In this document: piece by piece, positions 53,324 to 64,000 of the stretch | Numbering within the stretch: the stretch's first letter is position 1 | How the letters are laid out: each line of letters begins with the position of its first letter | DNA from: Methanomicrobiales archaeon | Lineage (GTDB): Archaea > Halobacteriota > Methanomicrobia > Methanomicrobiales > Methanospirillaceae | NCBI GenBank assembly: GCA_026394715.1 | Contig: JAPKXR010000229.1 | Span: 628-64,627 of the forward strand | DNA: 64,000 bases | Direction of reading: 5' to 3' | Position numbers and translations under genes: made by a program | The notes under the pieces: model-generated | The model's input: the letters and a program-made list of their open reading frames with translations, nothing else | Database searches by the model: none | Told to the model about the DNA's origin: nothing

Positions 53324-54166
53324 ATGTTGACCCTCACACTTTCAACCGATCAACCCTTCAACCTTGATAAAACACTCTCGTGCGGCCAGGTGTTCCGCTG
53401 GGCCAGAAACGATGACTGGTGGACAGGGGTAGTAGGGAACAGGTTAATCAGGATTCAACAGGACGGGAACCGCCTCACCTGGGATGGCGCGGACGAGTCC
53501 TTCATCTACGATTATTTTGCGCTCGACCTCGACCTTCCCCGGGTCCTGTCTGAAATAGATCGCGACCCAGTCATTCACCGGGCGATCGAAGAGTGCAGGG
53601 GACTTCGGATTATCAGGCAGCCGCCATGGGAGTGCCTGGTTTCGTACATCATCGCAACCTTTACGAACATTCCCTCAATCAAGCGCCGGATCACCTTGCT
53701 ATGCCGGGAATTCGGTAATGAAATCAGTTCTGATGGTGAGCCATGTTTTTCCTTTCCAACCCGGGAAGCCCTCGCCGGGGCTGAGGAATGCCAGGTAAGG
53801 GCATGCAGCCTCGGTTACCGGGCCCCGTTCCTCTGCCATGTAGCACAGGCAATTCAAGCGAATCCCGGGTGGGAAGCTACCATCCACAACCTGCCCTACG
53901 AGGAAGCACGGAAAGAGCTTATGCACTACCAGGGAGTTGGCCGAAAAGTGGCAGACTGTGTCCTCCTTTTTGGTTTCGGACGGCTCGAAGCAGTCCCCGT
54001 TGACGTATGGATTGAAAGGATTATCCGGCAGCACTACCTCATGTCCGGGGAAAAAGCGAATTACGAATATCTCCGGCGATATGCACAGGATTATTTTGGA
54101 CCCTATGCAGGGTATGCACAGGAATATCTCTTCTGTATGAGAAACGATATCGCAAAAAAAGAATGA
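53324..54166 (+). CDS. ogg: 8-oxoguanine DNA glycosylase (OGG1-type HhH-GPD)
   Basis: TLSCGQVFRW, LGYRA, GVGRKVADC, PVDVW, YAGYAQ. Confidence 0.9.
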   Translation: MLTLTLSTDQPFNLDKTLSCGQVFRWARNDDWWTGVVGNRLIRIQQDGNRLTWDGADESFIYDYFALDLDLPRVLSEIDRDPVIHRAIEECRGLRIIRQPPWECLVSYIIATFTNIPSIKRRITLLCREFGNEISSDGEPCFSFPTREALAGAEECQVRACSLGYRAPFLCHVAQAIQANPGWEATIHNLPYEEARKELMHYQGVGRKVADCVLLFGFGRLEAVPVDVWIERIIRQHYLMSGEKANYEYLRRYAQDYFGPYAGYAQEYLFCMRNDIAKKE

Positions 54167-54214
54167 TTACGGTGGGATCAGTTTCCCTCTGCCTGGTTAC
54201 CCGTATCACCGGTG

Positions 54215-55441
54215 TTATGTACCGATATCCCAGCTGGACATGTACGTGCGCTGGTCAGGGGTGAGCGAATCGATCTGGAAGCCCAGTGCATCAAGTTTCA
54301 TCCTGGCGACCTGTTCATCGATCTCCTGCGGGACGTCAAATACCCCGGCCCCCATTGCTTTGCCATAGATAACAACATGCTTTGCACAGAGCGCCTGGAG
54401 TGCGAATGACAGGTCCATGACTTCAACCGGGTGTCCCATCCCCTTTGGTGTCGCGAGGTTGACGAGCCTGCCCTCCGCGAGGACATGAATGTTCTTTCCG
54501 CCAACACGGTACGAATCAATACCGTCCCGGCGCACAACCCCGCTGTTATGGTGTTCAAGCCAGTCCACATCAATTTCAACGTTGAAATGTCCTGCATTCG
54601 CAAGAATTGCCCCGTCTTTCATGGCATTGAAGTGCCGTTCGACAATGATGTGGGTATTCCCTGATGTCGTGATAAAGATCTCCCCGATGGCCGCAGCCTT
54701 GTCCATCGGCATGACCCCAAAGCCGTCCATGTATGCTTCGAGCGCCCGTCTCGGGTCAATTTCCGTAACGATTACCCGTGCACCAAGTCCATGAAGTTTC
54801 CGGGCAAGCCCGCGCCCACAAAATCCGTATCCTGCGACCACCACGTGCTTACCGGCAACCAGTATGTTTGTCGTCACCATGATCGCGGTAAGGGCACTTT
54901 CCCCGGTCCCATGAACATTATCGAAATAGTGTTTCATCGGGGTGTCATTCACCGCAATCACCGGAAATTTTAATGCACCTTCACGTGCCATGGCCCGGAG
55001 GCGGTGAATACCGGTTGTTGTCTCCTCGCATCCCCCAATGGTGGTATCGAGGAGTTCCTGCCGCTTGGTATGGATCTGGTAGATGAGGTCCATGCCGTCA
55101 TCGATAGTAACCTGGGGCTTCGCGTCGAGCACCTTGTCAATCGCTTCGTAGTATTCCGTATTATTTGCTCCGCGGCGGGCGTAGCAGTGCACATTCCTGA
55201 CCCGGTTTAAGGCAGCAGCCACGTCGTCCTGCGTCGAGAGCGGGTTGCAGCCGGTGATGAACACTTCAGCACCACCTGCTGCCAGTGCCGATACCAGGTT
55301 TGCAGTCTTTGCTTCCACGTGAAGAGCCATGCCAATCCGCATGCCGCGGAACGGTTGTGACTTCACAAATTCTTCTTTAATTATTGAAAGCACCGGCATA
55401 TACTGCCGTGCCCATTCAATTTTCAACTCTCCTGAATCCAT
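54215..55441 (-). CDS. ahcY: Adenosylhomocysteinase
   Basis: HVEAKTA, CNPLSTQD, DDGMD, EETTTG, FDNVHGTG, GHFNVEI, EGRLVNL. Confidence 0.97.
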   Translation of the reverse strand: MDSGELKIEWARQYMPVLSIIKEEFVKSQPFRGMRIGMALHVEAKTANLVSALAAGGAEVFITGCNPLSTQDDVAAALNRVRNVHCYARRGANNTEYYEAIDKVLDAKPQVTIDDGMDLIYQIHTKRQELLDTTIGGCEETTTGIHRLRAMAREGALKFPVIAVNDTPMKHYFDNVHGTGESALTAIMVTTNILVAGKHVVVAGYGFCGRGLARKLHGLGARVIVTEIDPRRALEAYMDGFGVMPMDKAAAIGEIFITTSGNTHIIVERHFNAMKDGAILANAGHFNVEIDVDWLEHHNSGVVRRDGIDSYRVGGKNIHVLAEGRLVNLATPKGMGHPVEVMDLSFALQALCAKHVVIYGKAMGAGVFDVPQEIDEQVARMKLDALGFQIDSLTPDQRTYMSSWDIGT

Positions 55442-55687
55442 TCTTCACCAACGTTTTCCTGCCACGTGTCCGAGGGGGAACGAAAAAGGGTGCAAGGTTG
55501 CAGTGTAACAACGGCAAACCCTTCGTTATACAACGGCACGAACCGCCGTTTTACGGAAACGGCGATATCCTGCAGGCCATCCCTTACGCAGTTGACCTGC
55601 AAATTACTTAATAGCACTACTGCCAGCAGAGATACCGGTCCCAAGGAGACATAACCATGATATACTCTTCTCCGGGAATGGTACTCC

Positions 55688-56494
55688 ATGGTTCTGACCA
55701 GGCGGATCATCCCCTGCCTCGATATAAAAGATGGCAGAGTGGTAAAAGGAACTCATTTTGTGGAACTCAGGGACGCGGGTGACCCGGTAGAACTGGCCCA
55801 GCGATACAATGACCAGGGTGCAGACGAGGTCATATTTCTTGATATTACGGCCTCAAAAGAGAACAGGGGTACCCTTATTGACGTTATCAGGCGTGCATCG
55901 GACAGGTTATTCCTTCCACTTACCGTTGGCGGAGGTATCAGGAGCATTGACGATATCCATGCAATCCTCCGTGCCGGGGCAGACAAGGTGAGCATCAACA
56001 CGAGTGCGGTCCACGACCCTGACCTCATCAGTCGTGGTGCACAGCGGTTCGGTACCCAGTGCATTGTACTCGCGATGGATGTGCGGCGAAATTTCACCCC
56101 GAACCCGGAAGGGACGCCCGTCGTGCTCCCTGACGGCAGTACCTGCTGGTACGAAGTGGTCATTTACGGGGGGAGCAGGCCTACCGGGATCGATGCAATT
56201 AGCTGGGCAAAAGCAGGAGAAGAAAGGGGTGCAGGGGAGATCCTGCTCACCAGCATGGAAACTGACGGCACAAAAGGTGGTTTTGATATTCCCATCACGG
56301 CCTCCATTTCAGACGCGGCCGGTATCCCGGTCATCGCGAGTGGCGGTGTCGGGACCTATGAACACTTCTACGACGGGTTTACCCGGGGCAAGGCCGATGC
56401 CTGCCTTGCCGCATCCGTGTTTCACTACGGTGAAATGACGGTCCAGTCTGTCAAGGAATATCTTGTATCCCGGCAGATCCCCATACGGATCTGA
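55688..56494 (+). CDS. hisF: Imidazole glycerol phosphate synthase cyclase subunit
   Basis: [48 protein letters not shown]. Confidence 0.97.
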   Translation: MVLTRRIIPCLDIKDGRVVKGTHFVELRDAGDPVELAQRYNDQGADEVIFLDITASKENRGTLIDVIRRASDRLFLPLTVGGGIRSIDDIHAILRAGADKVSINTSAVHDPDLISRGAQRFGTQCIVLAMDVRRNFTPNPEGTPVVLPDGSTCWYEVVIYGGSRPTGIDAISWAKAGEERGAGEILLTSMETDGTKGGFDIPITASISDAAGIPVIASGGVGTYEHFYDGFTRGKADACLAASVFHYGEMTVQSVKEYLVSRQIPIRI

Positions 56495-58091
56495 GGTCAA
56501 TCTCGAACGCGGCAACGGAGTGGTCCAGATCAAACGCGTTCAGCACGGCGGGATGGATCTCGCCAAATACTCCTGCTTTTTTGCCGGCCACGATGATATC
56601 GCCCCGGCGCCCGTCAATAAACGCCGGGTCAGCTGATTCCTTCACCGTATAGCCTAGCGAGAGCTCGTGGAGCACCGCATCGGCCGATGCATAGGCTTCC
56701 GAGAAATCTGCATCCCTGTGGGTGCTGACACCTGCGGCCTGCTGGTAGGTAAGGCAGGAGTTTACCACGTCACCAACGGTGAAGAGGCGCTGCGGGAGTT
56801 CCCGGTGCCGGTTCATGGTCAGGAATTCAAGGAGGAGGGGGAGGAGGTCTGTCCTGACCACCGTGTTCTCGATGCTGATCGGGTGCATGACATGGAGGGC
56901 TCCCGGGCAATCCATCCGCTGCATTTTCTTATAGAGGACATCCCCACTCGTCAGTGTAAACGGCATCACTTCGAGGTAACCAAGGCCACAGAAGGCCTCG
57001 CGGACAAGGGCAGCCCTGACCTGGACTGGGTGAGGTTTCCCCACCGTGAAGGTATCAGGCGGCAGGTCCTGGATCTTGTCATATCCATACGCGATGGCGA
57101 CATCCTCAAAAAGGTCCCAGTCATGCATGATATCCGCCCGGTAACAGGGTACCTGCACGTTCACCCTGTCATCACCCGACGGCCTCGCACCGAACCGCAT
57201 CTTCTCAAGGAGCGAGGCCATTGTTGCCGGGGTCAGGTCGATGCCGAGAAGACGGGAGCATTCCTGGACGCTGACAATACGCTCTACGGGAGCAAGGGTC
57301 GGGGTCTGCACACCACCTATCTCAACGCTTTCAATACTCGCTCCTGCTTCAGCCATTGCCGTGCAGATAATGTTGACCGCGACACTGACGGCCCGCTGAT
57401 CGGTCCCGGTCGTATCAAGGAGGATATTCTTCGTATCAATGGTCACGCGTGTCCGCTCACCGTTGATGATTGGGGGGAACGAGAGGACATGGTCGTGTGA
57501 GTCCACAATCAGCGGGAAAAGAGTGAAATCTTTGACAATTTTCGCGTAATCCCTGCCCTTCGGGTGCTTTTCGAGGATCTCATCCATCGTCATCCCCTCG
57601 GTATAATCGAGCGGGATAAACTTCCTGCTCCTTGGCGATGCGATATAGTGAAACGGCTGCGTGACGGTGTCCAGATCGTGAATGCCGATCGCCACCTTGC
57701 TCCTGCCCCTGCCGACTGCCCAGTGGAGCGACTCCTGCAGGGACATGATGCTCATGATCGACTCGTCATCGAAGTCAACACCCCGTATAACTGCAGCACC
57801 GAGAACAGGACGGATATCTGCGAGTTTCGGGTCTATCGTAAGTGAGATCCCTGATGGCTTTACCGAGTAAACAGGCAGCCCGGTCTCGATCCCGAGATAG
57901 CCACGCATGGCCCGGGCGACACCTTCGGGTGAGAAGAGGTCGGGTCGGTCCGGGAAGAATTCCACGTCAGCATGATCTTCTTCTATCCGCTCCACGTCAG
58001 AACCGATGAATGCGACCTTGTCAAGGATCGTCTTCCTGTCGGTCCGGGTGAGCCGTTCGAGGTACTTATAAGGGAGGGTGATAACGGCCAT
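56451..58091 (-). CDS. pheT: Phenylalanine--tRNA ligase beta subunit
   Basis: [41 protein letters not shown]. Confidence 0.95.
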   Translation of the reverse strand: MAVITLPYKYLERLTRTDRKTILDKVAFIGSDVERIEEDHADVEFFPDRPDLFSPEGVARAMRGYLGIETGLPVYSVKPSGISLTIDPKLADIRPVLGAAVIRGVDFDDESIMSIMSLQESLHWAVGRGRSKVAIGIHDLDTVTQPFHYIASPRSRKFIPLDYTEGMTMDEILEKHPKGRDYAKIVKDFTLFPLIVDSHDHVLSFPPIINGERTRVTIDTKNILLDTTGTDQRAVSVAVNIICTAMAEAGASIESVEIGGVQTPTLAPVERIVSVQECSRLLGIDLTPATMASLLEKMRFGARPSGDDRVNVQVPCYRADIMHDWDLFEDVAIAYGYDKIQDLPPDTFTVGKPHPVQVRAALVREAFCGLGYLEVMPFTLTSGDVLYKKMQRMDCPGALHVMHPISIENTVVRTDLLPLLLEFLTMNRHRELPQRLFTVGDVVNSCLTYQQAAGVSTHRDADFSEAYASADAVLHELSLGYTVKESADPAFIDGRRGDIIVAGKKAGVFGEIHPAVLNAFDLDHSVAAFEIDLRSVWGSAGIQDIP

Positions 58092-58092
58092 T

Positions 58093-59535
58093 TCAGACAC
58101 CATCCTTTGTGATGCGAAGTATCGGCGTCTCACGGAGGAACGCAATATCACTCTGGTGGAGGTACCGGAGGTCTTTCAGCCCGAGCCGTAGCATCGCTAT
58201 CCGGCTCACACCGAGCCCCCATGCAAGGACCGGGTAATTAATGCCGAGCGGGGCAGTGACTTCCTCGCGGAATACACCAGCGCCGCCCATCTCGATCCAG
58301 CCGAGACCCTCGACATAAACTTCGGCGTCAAGGCTGGGTTCGGTGTAGGGATAATAGGAGGGCTTGAACCGCACGCCGGTAAAGCCCATGCGGTGGTAGA
58401 ACTCGCGGAGGATTCCGAGCAGGTTTCCGAACGTGACGCCTTCGTCCATGACAACCCCCTCGAGCTGCTCGAACTCGGCAAGATGGGTAGTGTCGATGGT
58501 TTCACGCCGATATACCCTGCCGATGCAGAACGCCTTGATCGGAGGATTAGGGTTATTCGCTAGGTGCTGGATCGAGACACTTGTTGTGTGGGTCCGCAGC
58601 ACACATTGCTCAGCCTTCTCCTCCTTCCAAACCCCACCCCAGCCGGTCGAGGATGTATTTCCACCGGAGATATGCATGGCTTTTACCTTCTCATACCCTT
58701 CAGGAAGCGGGAGGGTTTCCCGGAGGTAGAACGTATCCTGCATCTCGCGGGCCGGGTGGTCCTGCGGCTGGAAGAGGGCGTCGAAATTCCAGAAGGACTG
58801 CTGGACGATCCCACCATAGAGCTCCTCGAATCCCATCTCGAGAAGTATCTCCCGCATTTCGGCGATGATCCGCTGGTAGGGGTGGACCTTGCCGGGATAC
58901 GCTTTCTTCGGGAGCTTGGTCACATCGTATTTGCGAAGATTGAGGTCTTTCCACTCACCTGATATAATCTGCTCCCTGGTGAGGGTACCGGTCTCTTTGC
59001 GGAGGTCGAGGCCTTCCTGAACAGACGCGAGCCCTTCAGGTGTGATCCAAATTATATAGCGGACGGTCTCAACCTCCGAAAGGAGACCGCGCTTGACAAT
59101 ATCTGTTGTCGCCGTGTCAGTGGCAGAGGGATTTTTTAATGCATATTCATACGCTTCGGTGGATGCACCAGTCGTCTTGACAATGGAGGTACCTTCAACT
59201 TTCACAAGGCCTTTCTTTCTCAACTGGCCGAATCCGATCCTGAATGACTCAAGTTTCTGTATATCAGCCAGGGTTGTTCCCGGCCCAATCTTCTCTAATA
59301 GTTGCGTCTCGGGAAGCCCTTCTTTTAAGTAGACCTTCCCTTCACCGGTATACGCGAATTCCTTTGCAACAACCCTCTCAACCGTGGCAAGCCCCCTGTC
59401 CTGGGCGAGGTGGGCCCACTGTACCACGGCCTCGGGAGTGGCATCCAGCAGGCCTGCAAGATGCGGGGCATCAGCCTTCTTTTCTTTTTCCAGTGTTGCA
59501 AGCAACCGCTTCTCGTTCTGCGTCAGTTCTGCCAT
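58093..59535 (-). CDS. pheS: Phenylalanine--tRNA ligase alpha subunit
   Basis: [41 protein letters not shown]. Confidence 0.96.
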   Translation of the reverse strand: MAELTQNEKRLLATLEKEKKADAPHLAGLLDATPEAVVQWAHLAQDRGLATVERVVAKEFAYTGEGKVYLKEGLPETQLLEKIGPGTTLADIQKLESFRIGFGQLRKKGLVKVEGTSIVKTTGASTEAYEYALKNPSATDTATTDIVKRGLLSEVETVRYIIWITPEGLASVQEGLDLRKETGTLTREQIISGEWKDLNLRKYDVTKLPKKAYPGKVHPYQRIIAEMREILLEMGFEELYGGIVQQSFWNFDALFQPQDHPAREMQDTFYLRETLPLPEGYEKVKAMHISGGNTSSTGWGGVWKEEKAEQCVLRTHTTSVSIQHLANNPNPPIKAFCIGRVYRRETIDTTHLAEFEQLEGVVMDEGVTFGNLLGILREFYHRMGFTGVRFKPSYYPYTEPSLDAEVYVEGLGWIEMGGAGVFREEVTAPLGINYPVLAWGLGVSRIAMLRLGLKDLRYLHQSDIAFLRETPILRITKDGV

Positions 59536-59537
59536 TA

Positions 59538-60791
59538 TCACACCCGTATCATATCTGCACACGCGTCCATCTTCTCCCGGAAGTCTTTCTGGAACGCCAC
59601 CACCCGCTCGGCAGTGTCCTTCTTGCACTGCCCGCAGGTGACCTCCCCGGCCGTGCATTTCCTTCGTATCTCCGCAAGTTCTGTATCGTCCGTTACCATG
59701 TGGAAGAGGTTGAGGAGGAATATCGAGCATTTTTCCGGCTCGCCGCCAAGGCGTTTCTGCTCTTCAAGGGTCATCCTTCCGCCGGTGATCCCGCTCATCA
59801 CCTTCTTTCTCACCGTGGCCTCGGGCTCGTAGAAGGAGATGATACTCTCGGGGATACTCGAGGACATCTTCCCGCCGGTAAGACCGGGCATGAAGATATG
59901 GTACGTGGACGAGGGGGTGTAGAAGGCAAACCCGCCGTGTGCCCGCTCGATCTCCCGCACGGTTGCGGCAACGTTCGTGCACTGCGCTCCCTTGATATCA
60001 ACATGCCCTGCATATTTCTTTGCATGAGGGAATGCTTTCCTGACCGCCTCGAGCGCTTCCTCCGGTGCATTTTTGGAGCGGACACTGATGTAGCCGTCCC
60101 GCTCCTCAATCGTGAACATCCTCATCTTGTGGGCGATCCCCCGGGTAAGCCGGATATGCGGGTCCTGGTCAATCCCGACGGGCACCAGCGTCGGTGCCGG
60201 CTCGCGGTCGATTTGCGGGTAGAGGATGTCGGCCACCTGCGTAATCACGCTGTCAGCGTGGGCAAGGTCGGTATCAGCACCAAAACCGTAAATTGCCGCA
60301 AGTTCCGAGAAGTTCACCTTGGTCGCCGCCTCGAATGCAAGGTCCTTGAGCCGGTCGTTTCTGCTCTGGAAGTAGGTCTGCCCTTCAAACCCCAGCGCGT
60401 AGAGACAGGAGAGGTACTCCTTCCCAAACTCGTTGCATTTTTCCCATGAGAGGCCACGGACCGCATGGGCCTCCCGGTCAGCAATCGTGATGTACCCATT
60501 TCCACCCTGCCGGACATGCCATACGACCTCTTTCATCACCATCAGGTGGCCAAGATGCGGGTGACCGGATGGCATGAACCCGGTCAGGATATGAAACTGG
60601 CGGCGGTTGTGTATTGCGTCAGCGATTACCTGATAATCACGATGCCCGAGGACGATCCCCCGGCGGATAAAGTACGGGACTTCGGGCAGCTTAGCGATTG
60701 CGTCCCCAATCGGCGAAATGCCGAATTCGGAGAATGTTTTCTCGATCTCAAGCGAAGGCTGACTCGACCATGGGTTGATCTCCGGGGACAT
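59538..60791 (-). CDS. trpS: Tryptophan--tRNA ligase
   Basis: TGFMPSGHPHLGH, VPVGIDQDPH, GKMSSS. Alternative GTG start at 60803. Confidence 0.95.
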   Translation of the reverse strand: MSPEINPWSSQPSLEIEKTFSEFGISPIGDAIAKLPEVPYFIRRGIVLGHRDYQVIADAIHNRRQFHILTGFMPSGHPHLGHLMVMKEVVWHVRQGGNGYITIADREAHAVRGLSWEKCNEFGKEYLSCLYALGFEGQTYFQSRNDRLKDLAFEAATKVNFSELAAIYGFGADTDLAHADSVITQVADILYPQIDREPAPTLVPVGIDQDPHIRLTRGIAHKMRMFTIEERDGYISVRSKNAPEEALEAVRKAFPHAKKYAGHVDIKGAQCTNVAATVREIERAHGGFAFYTPSSTYHIFMPGLTGGKMSSSIPESIISFYEPEATVRKKVMSGITGGRMTLEEQKRLGGEPEKCSIFLLNLFHMVTDDTELAEIRRKCTAGEVTCGQCKKDTAERVVAFQKDFREKMDACADMIRV

Positions 60792-60849
60792 AACGGTGGG
60801 CACGGTTCCTGTGATATAGTTATGATGCGTATCGGATCATGTAGATAGT

Positions 60850-62004
60850 TCAGAGTTTTATCCGGGCAAATTCGATATAGTGAATGCCTGCAGTATGTAC
60901 GCAGCCAAACAACATCTTCTTTTTCACACTGTGTGAGAGGCGGACCGACCGTGAAATGGTGCTCATCGGCATCGCACCCGCCGTGGCAACGGCATGGACG
61001 AGCATCTCCGAGTGGACCTTTGTACCGGTATACACCCTGAAATGATGACCGAACTTGTACCCGGTCTTCGGGGTATAGCCATGCTCCCGCAGGTCGCCGT
61101 AGACCAGCACCTTTTCCCCCATCTCCAGGTCTGAAATTGTTGCAATCTGCAGGTATTCGTCCCTGGTCACGGGTTTTCCCTCGCAGACAAGTGCCAGGGA
61201 TCCTGCCTGCATCAGGTAAAGGGTCTCAAGCGACGACAGGACTAACCGTGTACGGTCAAATCGCATACCGAAAGAGCCTACCAGGGAGCCGGTTGAACCC
61301 GGGATTGGGGTTTCGGGAGATGGACACGGGGGGGGGCCGGATGACCCCTCCTGAGTACCCTGCCCGGGTATTGCCGTGGCGGCCCTGGATTGTTTGCCGG
61401 GCTGCAGTTCTTCCGGCGGGGGGACACACCTCGTATCGTCCGGGACGGACAGGACTGCAGATCTTCCACATAACGTACCTTTCAATGGTCCGGGGGTGAC
61501 AGGCGGTCCGATCTCCGGGAGGGACGGCACCTTGATCTCGTAGTAGGTGAGCTCATTTTCATCATCAACCACGGCGAGAACGTGCTGTTTTCTCATATGC
61601 GCAGATGCGGAAAACTCCCGCACCAGTACGCCGAAATCGATCATGTCACGTTCTGACAGGACACGGACCATGTACTTTGACTGCCCGGTACCAGGCCGTT
61701 CCCCCCGGCGAAACACCCTGAAATCATGGGGCCCGGTCTGTACCGCATACCCCCTCTCGCGGAGGTCCCGGTACACGAGGTAACTCCGCAGGAAGTTGGG
61801 TTCTGTTGTAAACGCAGACAATAGCCGGTCAAAATCAAACCCCGGGATTTCAATACGGTTCCGGTGGATGAGATAGAGCGCCTCAACCGGGGCAAGACGG
61901 AGCTGTGAGCCATCCTTCTCAGGCCTCCCATACCCGCTCTGCTCGTAGAGCACCCTCGCATCTTTTCCAAGCCGGACTTCCTTGCCGTCGAACTGCGCTT
62001 TCAC
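60850..62004 (-). CDS. endA: tRNA-intron lyase (splicing endonuclease, alpha2 homodimeric type)
   Basis: Two repeats (EALYL..VYRDLRERGY; ETLYL..VYGDLREHGY), KTGYKFG..FRVY, HSE, RLSHSVKK. Confidence 0.92.
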   Translation of the reverse strand: MKAQFDGKEVRLGKDARVLYEQSGYGRPEKDGSQLRLAPVEALYLIHRNRIEIPGFDFDRLLSAFTTEPNFLRSYLVYRDLRERGYAVQTGPHDFRVFRRGERPGTGQSKYMVRVLSERDMIDFGVLVREFSASAHMRKQHVLAVVDDENELTYYEIKVPSLPEIGPPVTPGPLKGTLCGRSAVLSVPDDTRCVPPPEELQPGKQSRAATAIPGQGTQEGSSGPPPCPSPETPIPGSTGSLVGSFGMRFDRTRLVLSSLETLYLMQAGSLALVCEGKPVTRDEYLQIATISDLEMGEKVLVYGDLREHGYTPKTGYKFGHHFRVYTGTKVHSEMLVHAVATAGAMPMSTISRSVRLSHSVKKKMLFGCVHTAGIHYIEFARIKL

Positions 62005-62232
62005 GTTCTATATGGATACGTTGTTTTCCTTTATAAGTGACAACACCGCCGGGAACACGTTCACCGCTGCCCGGAATGCGGGATGTACTTTTTTCCAGGG
62101 CAATTTATACGGTTTTGGTATTCCCTGCCCGTATTCCCGGACAGTGGACCAACAACCAGCCATATCCAAGGCATTTATTCAGACGGTACCAGGCATTCCG
62201 CATACATTTTATCCTGCACCCGGCCAGAGTCA

Positions 62233-62916
62233 TCACCAGGGACTTTCGGAGTCCCGGGTCGCATGAAGATACCCAAGAAGCCCGAGCGGGGCATGAGTTG
62301 GCATGTAATCCACCTGGAAATTGTAATTACGGCTGATATAATCAAGAAACCGGGGATTGGGAGGCCCGCTTATGGGAGGGAGATGAAGTTCCATCTCTAT
62401 CCGGCGTATCGGCCCAAGATCTTTTGGGTCTATCAGCCACTCTGCTCCTTCACAGTCACATTTAAGAAAATCGCAACCCCCCGTCATGCCGATAATCGTT
62501 TTCAATGAAACGGTCTGCATGTCCTTGCGTACTCCGTCCCAGCTGATGCCCTGAATATTCCCACCCCCTAATGCGCATTCCAGCACGGTGACAGAAACAT
62601 CGTTCAATTGGATATTTTGTTGCAGGATCTCGCTGGTGAGAGGCTCTACCGCATAAACAAATGAAGAATAATATGCCGCCCTGATACAGAAAGCCCCGAC
62701 GTTTGCACCAATATCAACGACGATATCGTCTTTTCTGATATCGGAAAACCGGTACTCGGGGACTTCGTAAATCTGGCGGTAACCGGTGGGGACATTCATA
62801 AACCGGATATTGTCCCGTGTACTGATGGTTGAGAGTTCTTGTCCTGGTTTAGAAAACTCTTTCTTACCCACCAGATCCGGAAGAGAAGTTCCGGTTTCAG
62901 CCATTTCCAATGACAT
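62233..62916 (-). CDS. FkbM-family methyltransferase
   Basis: VDIGANVG, AVEP, FLKCDCEGAE, EMELH. Confidence 0.85.
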   Translation of the reverse strand: MSLEMAETGTSLPDLVGKKEFSKPGQELSTISTRDNIRFMNVPTGYRQIYEVPEYRFSDIRKDDIVVDIGANVGAFCIRAAYYSSFVYAVEPLTSEILQQNIQLNDVSVTVLECALGGGNIQGISWDGVRKDMQTVSLKTIIGMTGGCDFLKCDCEGAEWLIDPKDLGPIRRIEMELHLPPISGPPNPRFLDYISRNYNFQVDYMPTHAPLGLLGYLHATRDSESPW

Positions 62917-62942
62917 CGTTCGCGGACCCGCACCACATAGGT

Positions 62943-63809
62943 CTAGTCTCCTGCCAGTTTGATTGCCTGTTTCTCCTTAATGAAGGTCCCCACCTGGTAT
63001 TCAGAAAATGCCTGCCTGAGTTCCTCCTGTGTATTCATCACAATTGGGCCACCCCAGGCCACAGGCTCCCCGAGAGGTTTCCCGGAAAAAAGCAGGAACC
63101 GCAATGGACCGGTATGAGAAACGGCGTTCACCTCATCACCATCACCAAGGAGCAGCAGGTCACGGTTTCCAACGGGAGTCCCGGGGATATCCCCGAATGT
63201 CCCGGTCCCTCCGGTCACATACACTACAACAGTATCTCCTTTTCTTGTGGGACAGGTGAATTTGGCCCCTTCTTTCATGCTGATATCAAAATAAGACGGG
63301 GACGTGACAATATCCTGCACCGGGCCCCTGACCTCCCCAAATTCACCACTAATGACCTTTACGGATACGCCCGGTACTGGTGTCATAGTTGGGATCCGGG
63401 GTTCTTTTACTTCCTGGTAACGGGGAGCCATCATCTTATGGGACTTTGGCAAATTCACCCAGAGCTGAAATCCCCCCATTCTGCCATGTACGGGCTTCGG
63501 CATCTCCTGGTGGATAATCCCCGACCCGGCCGTCATCCACTGGACATCCCCGGCACTGACAACCCCTGCATTGCCCATGCTGTCCCCGTGTTCAACATTT
63601 CCCTCGAGCATATAGGTAACCGTCTCGATCCCCCGGTGCGGGTGCCACGGGAACCCGCGAAGATAATCCTTCGGGTTATCGCCGGCACGAAAGTCATCAA
63701 GCATCAGGAACGGGTCGAAAAGCGGGACTTCCCCGTACCCGAATGCCCGGTGAAGATGTACACCGGCCCCTTCAATTGTTGCATATGCCCTTGAATACCT
63801 GCCTGACAC
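62943..63809 (-). CDS. Pirin-family protein
   Basis: DPFLMLD, FPWHPHRGIETVTY, QWMTAGSGIIHQE, QLWVNLP, GPIVMN. Confidence 0.95.
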   Translation of the reverse strand: MSGRYSRAYATIEGAGVHLHRAFGYGEVPLFDPFLMLDDFRAGDNPKDYLRGFPWHPHRGIETVTYMLEGNVEHGDSMGNAGVVSAGDVQWMTAGSGIIHQEMPKPVHGRMGGFQLWVNLPKSHKMMAPRYQEVKEPRIPTMTPVPGVSVKVISGEFGEVRGPVQDIVTSPSYFDISMKEGAKFTCPTRKGDTVVVYVTGGTGTFGDIPGTPVGNRDLLLLGDGDEVNAVSHTGPLRFLLFSGKPLGEPVAWGGPIVMNTQEELRQAFSEYQVGTFIKEKQAIKLAGD

Positions 63810-64000
63810 GTCGCACCTTTACCATACAGGACAACGGTATTGTAATCCTATGAATTTTTGTATTGATCCCCCGGTTTGTTTGGTTGTTGCTGGATAACCA
63901 ACCTCAACATATTCACTATCCGGAACGGTTCATTCCCCTCTCCCGTAATGCATGGTAAAAAGCGTAATATATTCATCGGCATAACAGTTTGAATCGCATA

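Noticed and set aside
56667..57500. 277-aa plus-strand ORF
   Set aside because: Antisense shadow of pheT.
59244..60449. 401-aa plus-strand ORF
   Set aside because: Antisense shadow of trpS/pheS in GC-rich DNA, with no motifs.
62910..63794. 294-aa plus-strand ORF
   Set aside because: Antisense shadow of the pirin gene.

Overview
Core chromosome of a methanogenic euryarchaeon. Gene content and order suggest Methanomicrobiales (Methanoregula/Methanolinea-like); this is an inference. From left to right: a type IV pilus/Tad-like ATPase with two TadC-like genes, top6AB, hisS, larB-nadM, cobQ and aIF1. Next is the Era-like GTPase/DUF2073/Zn-ribbon (oap/arv) operon, transcribed divergently from five tandem CBS-domain genes, then deoxyhypusine synthase. 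The conserved superoperon follows: tRNA-Ser, rps13, rps4, rps11, rpoD, rpl18e, rpl13, rps9, rpoN, tRNA-Pro, rpoK, eno, rps2, MEMO, mvk, ipk, fni, rnj, idsA, gltX. After it lie a decayed AarF/UbiB kinase pseudogene (not resolved by the ORF track) carrying a MITE-like insert, an FTR-like gene, purC, cofG, cofC and a glyA-folD-folP-cofE-like folate operon. The right part has an intact IS1634-type element, an MsvR-like regulator opposite a degenerate PAS histidine kinase, an orphan nifB, nudC, an emfourin-like lipoprotein, ogg, ahcY, hisF, pheT-pheS-trpS-endA, an FkbM methyltransferase and pirin. The best candidates for under-described systems are the CBS x5/GTPase divergon, the folate operon with a FolC2-like CofE paralog, larB-nadM and the MsvR/pseudokinase pair. 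All calls come from motif recognition by eye; no searches were run.
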